Notes: generated from the letters alone by a model not told the origin. Positions 47,608 through 57,285 are shown, numbered from the stretch's first letter. The stretch: DNA of 64,000 nucleotides from an uncultured Acidimicrobiales bacterium (GCA_963847855.1 CAWKBM010000007.1:85079-149078); one strand, 5' to 3'. A program made the numbers and translations.

Positions 47608-48571
47608 TCACAGCCACTCCTGCTTCTTGAAGACCGCGTAGAGACTGCCCGAGCACACGATGATGAGGATCGTTGCCGCGGTGACACCCCAGTGGCGCGC
47701 GAAGCCGGGGTAGGGCACGTTCATGCCGTACCACCCCGTGATGAGCGTCGGGACGGCGATGATCGCGGCCCAGCTCGTGACCTTCTTCATGATCTGGTTG
47801 GTGCGGAAGTCGCGGAGGCTGAGGTTCGTCTCGACGATCGTGCTGACGAGGTCGCGGAGGGCGTCCGTGGACTCGGTGACCCGCAAGATGTGGTCGTACA
47901 CGTCTTGGAAGTACGGGTACAGCTCCTCGTCCACGAGCCCGTGGTCGCGCCGCATCAGGGCGCTCACTGCCTCGCGCGTCGGCACCACGAGCCGGTGGAA
48001 CTGGATCAGTGCCTTGCGCATGTCGAACCAGTGCTGGTTGGGCTTGATCGGCGTCTCCTCCGAGAAGACGCTGTCACTGACGTCGTCGTAGTACTGGTCG
48101 AAATCGTCGAGGGTGGTGAATGCCTTGTCGATGACGACATCGAGCAGGCCGTAGACGAGGAACCCGACCCCGTGCCCCGCGAGGTCCTTCGACCGGTCCC
48201 ACCGCTCGAGCAGTGGCTCGAGGGCAAAGCCCTCGTCCTTTCGTACGGTGACGAGCCACCGCTGGTGGATGAACGCGTCGATCTCGACGGCTTCGAGGCC
48301 GTCCGTCACGACCGAGACCGAATGGCAGACCAGGAACTGATGGCTGGGATAGTGATCGAGCTTCGGCCGCTGGTGGCCGCCGAGCGCATCCTCGACCGCG
48401 CAGCTCGTGGAACCCGAGCTCGGACTGAAGCTCGTGAATGTCGGCTTCAGTCGGCTTGCAGTAGTCGACCCACACGATCGCGCCGTCCATGGCGAGAAAG
48501 TCGGACACCTCGGCGACGGGAAAGCCCTCTTTGATCAGCTTCCCGTCGCAGTACGCCCGCGTCTGCGTCAT
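47608..48571 (-). CDS. corA: Magnesium/cobalt transporter CorA, apparent frameshift
   Basis: YGMNVPYPGF (GMN motif) and two C-terminal TM helices. The N-terminal part MTQTRAY...LGFHEL is in the 48074..48709 frame. The expected AVEDALGGHQRPKLD resumes in the 47608 frame, with the switch around 48390-48400. Confidence 0.85.
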
Positions 48572-48585
48572 CAGTGAGCTGACGG

Positions 48586-48693
48586 TCAGCCTGACCGGCG
48601 CTCGGACTTCTTCTTCTCCTTGTCGGCCCGCTTCTCCTTGAGCGTCTTGCCGGGCTTCTTCGCGTTGTGCTTCTCCGGCACTTTGTTTGCCAT
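48586..48693 (-). CDS. Small Lys-rich protein (35 aa), below the ORF-track size cutoff
   Basis: MANKVPEKHNAKKPGKTLKEKRADKEKKKSERRSG. Strong GC3 bias. It ends 14 nt before the corA start. Confidence 0.35.
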   Translation of the reverse strand: MANKVPEKHNAKKPGKTLKEKRADKEKKKSERRSG

Positions 48694-48740
48694 GCCCCCA
48701 GCATGACACCGCCTACCGCGGTTTCACGCCGACTTGAGTA

Positions 48741-48782
48741 CTCGGACCTCCCGCCCGGCTGGACTCGGGCGCCAGGTCCGAG
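48741..48782 (-). terminator. Compound hairpin immediately downstream of the enoyl-CoA hydratase stop
   Basis: CTCGGACCT/AGGTCCGAG outer stem enclosing a CGCCCG/CGGGCG inner stem. No clear U-tract. Confidence 0.4.
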
Positions 48783-49577
48783 TCAGCGCGTGAACCGCGG
48801 GGCCCGCTTCTCCTTGAGGGAGGCGAGCCCCTCACGCGCGTCAGGGCCCGCGAAGCCGAGGAACTCGTACGCGAGGCTCGCGTCGAATGTCGCGGCCTGG
48901 GCGCGGTACCAGCTGTTGAGCGCGTGCTTCGTGAGCCGGATCGCCTGTTGCGCTCCGTCGGCGAGCTGCGTCGCGATCTCGAGCGCACGATCCTGCACCT
49001 GGTCGTCGTCGACGCAGAGCGAGACGAGCCCGATGCGCTCGGCCTCCTCGCCGCTCATCGGCTCGCACGTGAGCAGGTAGTACTTCGCCTTCGCCATGCC
49101 GCACAGCAACGGCCAGCAGATCGCCGCGTGGTCGCCCGCGGCGACGCCGAGACGAGTGTGGCCATCGATGATCCGCGCCGTTCGCGCCGCGACAGACACG
49201 TCAGCGAGCAACGCGACGACCAGTCCGGCGCCCACCGCAGGTCCGTGGATCGCCGAGACGATGACCTTTGAGCACTCGATCACGTTGAAGACGAGGTCCC
49301 GCGCTTCCGACATCACCTCCGCGCGCGCCGCCTCGTCGTGCACGAGTGACTCGAGGAGGTCGAAGCTGCCCCCGGCAGAGAACGCTTTGCCCGCGCCGCG
49401 CAGCAGCACGACGTTGGTCTCGGGATCGTCGTCGACCGCCGCCCACACGTCGGCGAGCTGTCGATGCACCGCGTGGTTCACCGAGTTCAGCCCGGGCCCG
49501 TCGAGCGTGATGCGAAGCACCCGCTCTGCCGGACGGTCGAAGGTGAGGCCAGGGAATGATGCAGCGAGATCGGTCAC
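48783..49577 (-). CDS. Enoyl-CoA hydratase/isomerase family protein
   Basis: [17 protein letters not shown]...[11 protein letters not shown] crotonase motifs. Start at GTG 49577. Confidence 0.9.
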   Translation of the reverse strand: MTDLAASFPGLTFDRPAERVLRITLDGPGLNSVNHAVHRQLADVWAAVDDDPETNVVLLRGAGKAFSAGGSFDLLESLVHDEAARAEVMSEARDLVFNVIECSKVIVSAIHGPAVGAGLVVALLADVSVAARTARIIDGHTRLGVAAGDHAAICWPLLCGMAKAKYYLLTCEPMSGEEAERIGLVSLCVDDDQVQDRALEIATQLADGAQQAIRLTKHALNSWYRAQAATFDASLAYEFLGFAGPDAREGLASLKEKRAPRFTR

Positions 49578-49593
49578 GCCGCCATCCTGGCCC

Positions 49594-50052
49594 CTACTCG
49601 TGGCTCCCGCGGTGTGCGGCTGGCGTCTCGGGGGGCGCGTCCACGACGTGGAACCGTCGCCCCGTGACCTCGTCAGGCACAATCCGCACGAAGCAGTACT
49701 TCGGGCTGGCGAGCCAGGGGAAGAGCGGCAGGTCGGCGGCGTCGAACAGCTCGTGCAGCCCCTTGATCTCCGTCGCCCGACCCTTCACCACGACGCTCCA
49801 CGCCTCGTTCGCCTTCGTGTCGAGGCCGTCGACCTCGAAGGCGACGCCCGCGCCGAGCACTGCGCCGGCGAGCTTGGTCCCCTCTGCGGTTCGGAACACG
49901 ACGGTGCCGTGGTCGACGACGTAGTTGATCGGGAAGATGTCCGGGTGGTTGGCGATCGATATCGCGAGCCTCCCGACGACAGACCCTCGAAGGAGCGACC
50001 AGCACTCGTTGGGATCGAGGATGTCCATTCCGTGAAGCAAGTCGTGAGTCAT
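49594..50052 (-). CDS. Pyridoxamine 5'-phosphate oxidase family (Pyridox_ox_2-type) protein, paralog 1
   Basis: [17 protein letters not shown]...[15 protein letters not shown]...[13 protein letters not shown] 50052 is preceded by AAGGAGAG. Confidence 0.8.
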   Translation of the reverse strand: MTHDLLHGMDILDPNECWSLLRGSVVGRLAISIANHPDIFPINYVVDHGTVVFRTAEGTKLAGAVLGAGVAFEVDGLDTKANEAWSVVVKGRATEIKGLHELFDAADLPLFPWLASPKYCFVRIVPDEVTGRRFHVVDAPPETPAAHRGSHE

Positions 50053-50199
50053 CAAATCTCTCCTTTGGCCAGCTCGATCCTCAAATGGACCACGCCGCCC
50101 TGAACGCGGAGCTGAGAGCTCGAGGTGCTCGATCGCGGTCACGCTTCGACCGTATGACGCCGGCTCCTCGTTGCCTGCGGCCGGTGGACCCCTCTCGGG

Positions 50200-50213
50200 G
50201 GGACCTTCGTCCC
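50200..50213. promoter_or_regulatory. DosR/DevR-type box GGGACCTTCGTCCC
   Basis: 13/14 palindromic. Lies in the gap between the gpsA 3' end and PPOX paralog 1, about 150 nt upstream of ATG 50052. Confidence 0.55.
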
Positions 50214-50219
50214 TGCCGG

Positions 50220-51236
50220 TCAGGTCGTGATGGGCGCATCGAACCCGACGAGCTCGGTCTTTCCGTCCCGACCCATCAGCTGCGCGACGAGCTCTTGCGC
50301 GGTGCGCTCTTCGCGCAGCAGCGCGACGACTGACCGTGCGATGGGCAGGTCCACATTGAGTCGGCTGGCCAGCTCGACGGCGACCGGAGCAGTCGCCGCG
50401 CCCTCGACGACGGCGGACTGGCCGGACAGAACGTCGAGGGCCGACATGCCCCGCGCGAGCTCCATTCCGAGTCGATAGTTACGGCTCTGCGGACTCGAAC
50501 AGGTCGCGATGAGGTCGCCGTTTCCACTGAGTCCGAGGAACGTCAGCGCTCGACCGCCTGCGGCGGTGCCGAGTCGGGCCAGCTCTGCGAGGCCGCGGGT
50601 GAGCAGCGCCGCCTTCGTGTTCGTGCCATATCCGAGACCGTCGGCGACGCCGGCCGCGATCGCGATGACGTTCTTCAACGCGCCGCCGATCTCACACCCG
50701 ACCACATCTTCGCTGGTGTACACGCGCAACGTCGGAGTCATGAGCAGCTGTTGCACCCACGCGGCGGCGTCCGGATCCGGGAATGCCACGCATGTCGCTG
50801 CGGGTTGCCCGGCGACGATCTCCCTGGCGAGGTTCGGTCCGCTCAACACGCCGATCGTCGACGGGTCGCGGCGAGGCTGGGCGTCGGCGAGCACTTCGCT
50901 CATCCGCATGCACGTGCCGTTTTCGAGGCCTTTCGCGACGTTGAGGACGAGCGGGGCCTCGAGGTCGATCGACTGAATGAGCGAGCGCAGGTGTTGCGCG
51001 GGCACTGCGCACACCACGAGGTCGGCACCCTTCACCGCGGCGCGGAGCTCACTCGTGACCCGAAGCCCAGCTGGCAGCACGACGCCGGGTAGGTACTGCT
51101 CGTTCTCCCTCACGCGCTCGATCGACGCGACGACTTCGAGCTCCCTCGCCCACAACACGGTCTCGGCGCGGGTGCTCAGCAGTGATGCCAGGGTGGTGCC
51201 CCAGGCGCCCGCGCCGATGACGGTCACCTTCGTCAC
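50220..51236 (-). CDS. gpsA: NAD(P)H-dependent glycerol-3-phosphate dehydrogenase
   Basis: VTVIGAGAWGTTLA Rossmann fold, and the GALKNVIAIAAG and NGDLIATCSSPQSRN motifs. GTG 51236 overlaps the upstream stop. Confidence 0.9.
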   Translation of the reverse strand: MTKVTVIGAGAWGTTLASLLSTRAETVLWARELEVVASIERVRENEQYLPGVVLPAGLRVTSELRAAVKGADLVVCAVPAQHLRSLIQSIDLEAPLVLNVAKGLENGTCMRMSEVLADAQPRRDPSTIGVLSGPNLAREIVAGQPAATCVAFPDPDAAAWVQQLLMTPTLRVYTSEDVVGCEIGGALKNVIAIAAGVADGLGYGTNTKAALLTRGLAELARLGTAAGGRALTFLGLSGNGDLIATCSSPQSRNYRLGMELARGMSALDVLSGQSAVVEGAATAPVAVELASRLNVDLPIARSVVALLREERTAQELVAQLMGRDGKTELVGFDAPITT

Positions 51237-51688
51237 GACACAACCCCCTCGATCCAACCGTGGTTGTCGGCGACGCCGGTCATCGGCAGCTTCCTGCCGG
51301 TCAGCTCGGCGGGGGTGATCGAGAACCAACGATCACGCCTTCCGGGGGCCCAGGTCACGACCGCGCGCTCAACGAGCTCGGAGGCCGCCGGCCCCCGGGG
51401 CACGAGCACCTCGCGTGCCGGGCCATGGACGCACACGCTCCATCCCGTCTTTGAGGTCTCGTCGAAGCCGTCGACCTCGAACACCACCGCTTGTCCTTCG
51501 ACGCGCGCCAGAAGCGATTCACCTGTCGTGCGGTAGAGGATCTGGCCGGTCGCGTCGGACGCGTAGTTCACGGGGAGCACATGAGGGCATCCGTCCGCTA
51601 TCAGCCCGACGCGCCCCACACAGCCGGCGGACAGCTTCGCCGTGCACTCTGCTGGGGACAGGACTTCGAGCTGAGTTGGAGCGTTCAT
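51233..51688 (-). CDS. Pyridox_ox_2-type PPOX family protein, paralog 2
   Basis: ECTAKLSAGCVGRVGL...LPVNYASDATGQILYRT...GWSVCVHGPA. Confidence 0.8.
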   Translation of the reverse strand: MNAPTQLEVLSPAECTAKLSAGCVGRVGLIADGCPHVLPVNYASDATGQILYRTTGESLLARVEGQAVVFEVDGFDETSKTGWSVCVHGPAREVLVPRGPAASELVERAVVTWAPGRRDRWFSITPAELTGRKLPMTGVADNHGWIEGVVS

Positions 51689-52101
51689 CACAGGTACCCC
51701 CTCAGGTCGAGCGGAAGGTGCGGGATGACGAGGCGACGTCCCGTGATCTCGAGCGGCACCACGCGCACCCAGTGCGGCTTCTCTCCACCCGCCCACGACT
51801 CGAAGTCGAGGTCGGCGACTTCGGCCGGGGTCGCTCGGTATGCAGTGCCGCGCACCAACACGCTCCAGCCCGTGTGATGGAAGGGATCGATGAAGTCGAT
51901 CTGGAAGCTGGCGGGCTGCCCGTGGAGATGGTCGAGCTTCTCCCCAGGATCGGATCGGAAGACGATCACGTCTCCGTCGACGAGGTAGTTCACGGGCACG
52001 ACGAGTACCGAACCGGACGCCGACGCGATAGCGAAGCGGCCAACGCCGAATGCCCGCAGGAGGACGAGACACTCCTCACGCGGGAGCTCGATCAGCTCCA
52101 T
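51688..52101 (-). CDS. Pyridox_ox_2-type PPOX family protein, paralog 3
   Basis: ECLVLLRAFGVGRFAI...VPVNYLVDGDVIVFRS...GWSVLVRGTA. Confidence 0.8.
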   Translation of the reverse strand: MELIELPREECLVLLRAFGVGRFAIASASGSVLVVPVNYLVDGDVIVFRSDPGEKLDHLHGQPASFQIDFIDPFHHTGWSVLVRGTAYRATPAEVADLDFESWAGGEKPHWVRVVPLEITGRRLVIPHLPLDLRGYL

Positions 52102-52115
52102 CTCTGGCTCGCCGG

Positions 52116-52533
52116 TCACGGCAACCCCACTGGAAGATCGACGCTCGAGAGCGTACGCCCGTTGACGAGGTCGATGGAGAGCGCCACCAAGGGGCCCTGG
52201 GCGGCGGCCCAACCCCGAGGCGTAGAGCCTTCGAGGGCGGCGATGTCCTCGGGCAACCTGACATGCGTGGCGCGCCCGACGACCATCACACTCCAACCCT
52301 CGTGGGTGACGGCATCGATCGCGTCGACCTGGAACCCAATGACCACGTTGTCGTCGATCGCCTCGGGGTGATCGTGTGGATCGGCCCAGAAGACGATCCG
52401 CTCACCGGCAATGCTGTATCGAACGGGCAGGACCGCGGGTAGCGCTCGGGAGGACGTCGAGATGCGACCGACCGAGCCCTCGGCGAGATGTCGCAGACAC
52501 TCTTCCCGCGTGGAGCACGTCGTCCCTGTTCAC
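52116..52533 (-). CDS. Pyridox_ox_2-type PPOX family protein, paralog 4, frame break just after the start
   Basis: The open frame encodes ECLRHLAEGSVGRIST...LPVRYSIAGERIVFWA...GWSVMVVGRA but has no start codon. GTG 52533 (GTGA overlap with the USP stop) is in another frame for its first roughly 7 codons. Confidence 0.65.
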
Positions 52534-53403
52534 GTCGCACCTCCGGGTGCAGGCGGGATCACGACGACCGGGCACCCGGCGTGATGGACGACCTGATGGC
52601 TGACCGATCCGAACACGAGCTCCCGCGCCCGGCTGAGGCCCCGCGACCCGACGACGAGGAGCGTCGCGTCGCGAGCTGCGTCGACGAGGGCTGCTGCCGC
52701 TCCGCCCGCTGCTGCCTCGCATTCGATGGGGTGGGCGAGCCCATGCAGATCTGCGTCCCTTACCGCGTCTCGAAGGATCTCATCAGACGCCTGCTCGAAG
52801 ATGCCTGCACCTTCGACCGCTCCGGGGTACGCCATGACGGGAACGGCCCACGCAGACACGAGGCGCACACTCGCGTCGACGCGCCCGAGCCTCGTCCAGT
52901 GCCCACGCGATCGCGCGCGACGCAGTCTCTGATCCGTCGACCCCGACGATGATCCGTTCCTCGGTCGCCGTCTCGTCTCCACGTCCATCGGCGTGGACGA
53001 CCGCAACCGGGCAGCGCGCCTGTTGCAGCACGTGCTCGCTCACCGATCCGATTCTCAGACCGAGGAACCCCCCTGTACCCCTAGCCCCGACCACGAGCAG
53101 GTCGGAGCCCGCCGAGGTCGAGACGAGAGCTCGCCACGGCAGGTCGCAGACCGAGAACCGCCCGATGGTGTCCGCGCGCTCGGGGCCGACCGCAGCGGTC
53201 ACCCAGTCGTGGAGGACGGCGAGGGCGTCTTCATCGGCGTACGCCGGGTCGAGCTCATCGCCGCTCGACGGCCGAGCCTGGTTCAGGAGGTCCCACGCGA
53301 CCACTGCCGTCACGGGGAGGTTCCGGAGCTCGCCCTCGCGCGCTGCCCAGCGCAGGGCAGCAGCCGCACCTGCGGATCCGTCCGTGCCGACGTAGATGGT
53401 CAT
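52530..53403 (-). CDS. Tandem-domain universal stress protein, apparent frameshift
   Basis: Domain 1 is MTIYVGTDGS...LLVVGARGTGGF...GSVSEHVLQQARCPVAVV. Domain 2 is IIVGVDGSE...LLVVGSRGLS...GSVSHQVVHHAGCPVVVI. The frames switch around 52880-52890. Confidence 0.85.
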
Positions 53404-53468
53404 TGCACGACCTGCTGCACGGCGTTGCGGTGCGAGTGGTACATGGGTTCGTCGGTGGTGAGGTTCAT
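53400..53468 (-). CDS. Possible 22-aa upstream ORF coupled to the USP gene
   Basis: MNLTTDEPMYHSHRNAVQQVVQ. 19 of 21 post-start codons end in G/C. Its TGA overlaps the USP ATG (ATGA at 53400-53403). Confidence 0.3.
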   Translation of the reverse strand: MNLTTDEPMYHSHRNAVQQVVQ

Positions 53469-53526
53469 GAACTCGATCCTGCGGTTCTGGTGCTGGGGCG
53501 GGCAGGGACGGGGGTCGGCTGGTCGC

Positions 53527-53540
53527 GGGACCTTGGTCCC
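53527..53540. promoter_or_regulatory. DosR/DevR-type box GGGACCTTGGTCCC (perfect palindrome)
   Basis: Matches the GGGAC-N4-GTCCC core of the mycobacterial DosR box. Lies upstream of the USP-PPOX-gpsA operon. Confidence 0.65.
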
Positions 53541-53551
53541 GATCTGCTGGG

Positions 53552-54085
53552 CTACGGATTGGCGGCGACGCTCTCGGCCAGCTCTTTGGCCCACTGCGTC
53601 GCCCGGTCGGCCTCGCCGTCGATCAAATGGTTCTGCTTGTCGACCAGGAAGCTCTCGGGGTCGGCGACGAGTTCGAAGCCGTGCTTCGTCAGGCGCTTCG
53701 CGATCGCCCTCGAGGCGCGACCGGTGATGATCGTCGCTGCATCGAGCCGGGTGTCGAACGCCGCGGCGGTTGTGCTCCGGGCCGGCGCCAGAAGGTCGAA
53801 CCAGTCCCGAAGGCCCTCGCCTTCGGCTCCGGCGTCCATCGTCAGGTCGGCGCCCGGCTTCGCCGCCGCCGCTTTGGCGGCCGCGCGGGACTTCTCGCTC
53901 GACAGCGTGTGGACATGGGTCGGCCCCCCGACCACGAGGAGGTCGACCGTCGCGACCTTCTCGTCGGTCGCCGCCTCGACTGGCACCACCTCGACCTCGA
54001 ATTGGGATCGCAGGCCCTCGGCGAGGTGGTCGGCGACGACGTGCGTGTTGCCGTACATCGATTCGTACACGATGAGTGCTCGCAT
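53552..54085 (-). CDS. Flavodoxin-like protein
   Basis: MRALIVYESMYGNTHVVA N-terminal flavodoxin motif. Confidence 0.8.
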   Translation of the reverse strand: MRALIVYESMYGNTHVVADHLAEGLRSQFEVEVVPVEAATDEKVATVDLLVVGGPTHVHTLSSEKSRAAAKAAAAKPGADLTMDAGAEGEGLRDWFDLLAPARSTTAAAFDTRLDAATIITGRASRAIAKRLTKHGFELVADPESFLVDKQNHLIDGEADRATQWAKELAESVAANP

Positions 54086-54120
54086 GGCTCCAGCGTCGTC
54101 CTGGAGTCGTGGCGGCGGTA

Positions 54121-54134
54121 GGGCCGAAGGTCAC
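54121..54134. promoter_or_regulatory. Degenerate DosR-like box GGGCCGAAGGTCAC (weak)
   Basis: 9/14 match to GGGACTTTAGTCCC. Lies in the 63-nt divergent gap between the flavodoxin and response regulator genes. Confidence 0.2.
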
Positions 54135-54148
54135 GCGAAGATGGCGGG

Positions 54149-54817
54149 GTGTCAGACCCCAAACGCATCACGGTGTTCTTGCTGGACGACCACGAGATCG
54201 TGAGGCGAGGAATCCGCGACCTGCTCGAGGCGGAGGGGGACATCGAAGTCATCGGTGAAGCGTCGACCGCGGACCAGGCCGTCGGAAGGGTCCATGCGCT
54301 CGACCCCGACGTGGCCGTCCTCGACGTCAGGCTGGAGGAAGGCAACGGAATCGAGGCCTGCAGGGACATCCGCTCGCTGCATCCGCGGACGGCGTGCCTC
54401 ATCCTCACCTCCTTCGCCGACGACGAGGCCCTCTTTCAGGCGATTCTGGCCGGTGCCGCCGGCTACCTGTTGAAGCAGATCCGCACGAACGACCTCGTCG
54501 ACGCAGTCCGACGCGTAGCCGCGGGGCAGAACCTTCTCGATCCGGCGGTCACCGCTCGCGTGCTCGAGCGGCTGCGCGCCGGCAATCCGCAGGACGAGCG
54601 GCTGGCGCGACTCACCGAGCAGGAACGCAAGGTGCTCGACCTGGTCGCGGAGGGGCTCACGAACCGCCAGATCGGAGAGCGACTTCACCTCGCGGAGAAG
54701 ACAGTGAAGAACTACGTGACCTCGGTGCTCTCGAAGCTCGGGATGACTCGACGCACCGAGGCGGCTGTGTACGCGGTCCGTCATCTCGATCCGGAGCGCG
54801 ATATCGACCGCGGCTAG
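54149..54817 (+). CDS. NarL/LuxR-family response regulator, DevR/DosR-like
   Basis: Receiver domain VFLLDDHEIV...VAVLDVRL. C-terminal HTH LTEQERKVLDLVAEGLTNRQIGERLHLAEKTVKNYV. Confidence 0.95.
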   Translation: MSDPKRITVFLLDDHEIVRRGIRDLLEAEGDIEVIGEASTADQAVGRVHALDPDVAVLDVRLEEGNGIEACRDIRSLHPRTACLILTSFADDEALFQAILAGAAGYLLKQIRTNDLVDAVRRVAAGQNLLDPAVTARVLERLRAGNPQDERLARLTEQERKVLDLVAEGLTNRQIGERLHLAEKTVKNYVTSVLSKLGMTRRTEAAVYAVRHLDPERDIDRG

Positions 54818-55947
54818 GAGAGTGGCACCGACCATTCGAGCCGGCTGCCGGCCGGCGAGCGAGGTGTCAGGGTGAAGGTGCCGCCGAGGTGCTCTGCACG
54901 AGCCCGCATGTTGCGCAGGCCTCGGCCCTCGCCGGGCGCGTCGGGGGGGCCGACGCCGTTGTCCTCGACGCGCAGCGTGAGTGTTCCGTCGACGGCGATC
55001 AGGTGGACGTCGACTTCGGTCGCCCCGGCGTGTCTGGCGATGTTCGAGAGGGCCTCACGAAGCACCGTCAACAGCTCGTCGGCGATGTGCTGATCCGTCA
55101 AGGCGTCGACCGGCCCATCGAAGAACGTTCTGGGTTCGACCCTCAAGGTCGGTGTCAGCTCGGAGACGAGCGTGATGGCTCGGCGTCGCACGCTCTCGAA
55201 TCCCCCGATCTGTACGGGGGCGTCGAGTGCGAAGATCGTCGATCGAATGCTCTTGATGGTGGTGTCGAGCTCCTCGACCGCGAGCTGCACCCGTCGGGCT
55301 ACCTCGGGCTCGAGAAGACGCAGTGTTGCTTGAAGGGAGAGGCCGACCGCGAACAGCTGCTGGATGACGGTGTCGTGGAGGTCCATCGCGATGCGCTCGC
55401 GGTCTTCGAGCAACACGAGGTCCCTGAATCGCGCGTGCAAGCGAGCGTTGTCGATCGCGACCCCGGCCGCGGACGCGAGCGCCACGACGAGCTCTTCGTC
55501 GATGTCGCTGAACGCGTCCTCTGATCGCTTGTCTGTCAGGTACAGGTTGCCGAAGACCTCGCCACGAACCGTGACAGGTACCCCCAGGAACGATCGCATC
55601 GGCGGGTGGTTCGGGGGGAAGCCGAAGCTGTCGGGGTGCTCTCGGAGGTCGGGAAGCCGGATGGCGTGTGGTTCGCGGATCAGCAGACCGAGGATGCCGT
55701 GGCCCTTCGGCAGATCTCCGATCTCCGCTCGGGCCGCCGAGTCGATGCCCACCGTCAGGAACTCCGAGAGAAAAGTCCGGGTGGGGTCGAGCACCCCCAG
55801 TGCGCCGTACTGCGCATCCGCGAGCTCGGTCGCAGACTCGACGATGCGCTGGAGCGTCGCTGTCAGATCGAGGTCACTGCCGATCGCCACCACCGCGCGG
55901 AAGAGCCTGCGGAGGCTCCTCGGGCCGGCCACTCCTCCATCGGGCAC
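54814..55947 (-). CDS. GAF-domain sensor histidine kinase (HisKA_3 type, DevS/DosT-like with a single GAF)
   Basis: GAF domain YGALGVLD...FLGVPV...GNLYL. H-box RERIAMDLHDTVIQQLF. ATPase domain EDNGVGP...GRGLRNM. Confidence 0.9.
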   Translation of the reverse strand: MPDGGVAGPRSLRRLFRAVVAIGSDLDLTATLQRIVESATELADAQYGALGVLDPTRTFLSEFLTVGIDSAARAEIGDLPKGHGILGLLIREPHAIRLPDLREHPDSFGFPPNHPPMRSFLGVPVTVRGEVFGNLYLTDKRSEDAFSDIDEELVVALASAAGVAIDNARLHARFRDLVLLEDRERIAMDLHDTVIQQLFAVGLSLQATLRLLEPEVARRVQLAVEELDTTIKSIRSTIFALDAPVQIGGFESVRRRAITLVSELTPTLRVEPRTFFDGPVDALTDQHIADELLTVLREALSNIARHAGATEVDVHLIAVDGTLTLRVEDNGVGPPDAPGEGRGLRNMRARAEHLGGTFTLTPRSPAGSRLEWSVPLS

Positions 55948-55963
55948 GGGTAGAGACTAGGAC

Positions 55964-57238
55964 TCAGCAGTATCGCAACGCAGCGGCTTCGGACCGCAAC
56001 TGGTCTCGATGGTCGGGGTGTGCGATCGCAATCAACGCGCGAGCGCGCTCCCTGATCGAGCGGCCTCGTAGCTCGGCCACCCCCCACTCCGTGACGACCT
56101 TGTCGACGGTGTTCTTGAGGGTCGTCACGACATCACCGGCAGCGAGCTGCGCCACGATCTTCGACGCGGTGCCGTCTCGCGTCGTCGAGTGGAGGACGAC
56201 GAAGCCCTGCCCGCCGTCGGAGTACATCGCACCTCGAGCGAAGTCGGCCTGGCCTCCGCTCGAGGAGTAGTAGCTCCCGTGCACCGTCTCCGACGCGCAC
56301 TGCCCCAGGAGATCCACGGCGATCGTCGCGTTGATCGAAACGAATCCGGCTTCCTGAGCGATCACCCGCGGGTCGTTCACGTACCGGACGGGCCACAGCT
56401 CGAATGCAGCGTTCTCGTCGAGGAAGTCATAGAGGGCCCGGGTGCCGAGAGCGAACGTGCCGACCGCCTTCGTGCGATTGAGCTGCTTCGCGACGCCGGT
56501 GATGACGCCGCGGTCCACGAGGTCCGTCACGCCGTCAGAGAGCAGCTCGGTGTGGATCCCGAGGTCACGATGGTCGACCAGCGCCGAGAGGATCGCGTTC
56601 GGGATCGACCCGATGCCCGTCTGGAGGGTGGCGCGGTTGGGGATGCGCTCTGCAACCAGCGCGGCGATGCGCTTGTCGATCTCCGTCGGCTGTACGGGTG
56701 GGACCTCGACGAGTGGGTAGTCCGCCTCGCTCCAGCCGACGACCTGGCTGATGTGGACCTGGTTCCGGCCGAATGTTCGGGGGACGGCGGGGTTTGCTTC
56801 GAGGAAGAAGCGGGCTTGCCCGATGAACGACGCGACGTAGTCCGCGTTCAGGCCGAGGCTGAAGTAGCCGTGGCGGTCGGGTGGGGACGCCGTCGCGAGG
56901 ATCAGAGGATCGTGCGTGCGGGCTCGCAAGATGTTGCGCATCTCGCTGAAGTTGTTCGGGACGAGATCGATCGTTCCCTCGCGGAAGCACGGGCGGGTGA
57001 CGTCGGACAGGAAGTAGGAGACGTGGCGGAGATGGTCGCCGAATGCGCCGTGCAGGTACGGACGATCACGTAGCACGTGCATCTGATGCACGTGCGCTCC
57101 GTCGAGGTCGTCGGCAGCGGCCTCAACGGCGTCGAGGAGCGTGACCGGCTCGCCGTTGGCGAGCGGGACGACGAGATCAGCGCCGCCGCCGATGTGCTCG
57201 AGCACAGCGTCAGCGCTCGTAGCGGCGAGCGTGGTCAT
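55964..57238 (-). CDS. Acetyl-CoA hydrolase/transferase family protein
   Basis: GIGSIPNAIL, and SGGQADF as the family GxGGxxDF motif. Start at ATG 57238 (MTTLAATSADAV). Confidence 0.9.
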   Translation of the reverse strand: MTTLAATSADAVLEHIGGGADLVVPLANGEPVTLLDAVEAAADDLDGAHVHQMHVLRDRPYLHGAFGDHLRHVSYFLSDVTRPCFREGTIDLVPNNFSEMRNILRARTHDPLILATASPPDRHGYFSLGLNADYVASFIGQARFFLEANPAVPRTFGRNQVHISQVVGWSEADYPLVEVPPVQPTEIDKRIAALVAERIPNRATLQTGIGSIPNAILSALVDHRDLGIHTELLSDGVTDLVDRGVITGVAKQLNRTKAVGTFALGTRALYDFLDENAAFELWPVRYVNDPRVIAQEAGFVSINATIAVDLLGQCASETVHGSYYSSSGGQADFARGAMYSDGGQGFVVLHSTTRDGTASKIVAQLAAGDVVTTLKNTVDKVVTEWGVAELRGRSIRERARALIAIAHPDHRDQLRSEAAALRYC

Positions 57239-57263
57239 GGCAGCAACGTACGACAGGTGCGCG

Positions 57264-57277
57264 GGGACCTTGTGCTC
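57264..57277. promoter_or_regulatory. DosR-type half-conserved box GGGACCTTGTGCTC
   Basis: Perfect left half GGGACCTT with a degenerate right half. Lies in the divergent gap between the acetyl-CoA hydrolase and P-type ATPase genes. Confidence 0.4.
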
Positions 57278-57285
57278 TACGGACC

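Noticed and set aside
50053-50142. N-terminal extension of PPOX paralog 1 (track ORF start at 50142)
   Set aside because: The extension has poor GC3. A strong AAGGAGAG Shine-Dalgarno sequence precedes ATG 50052. The paralogs also align from about that point.
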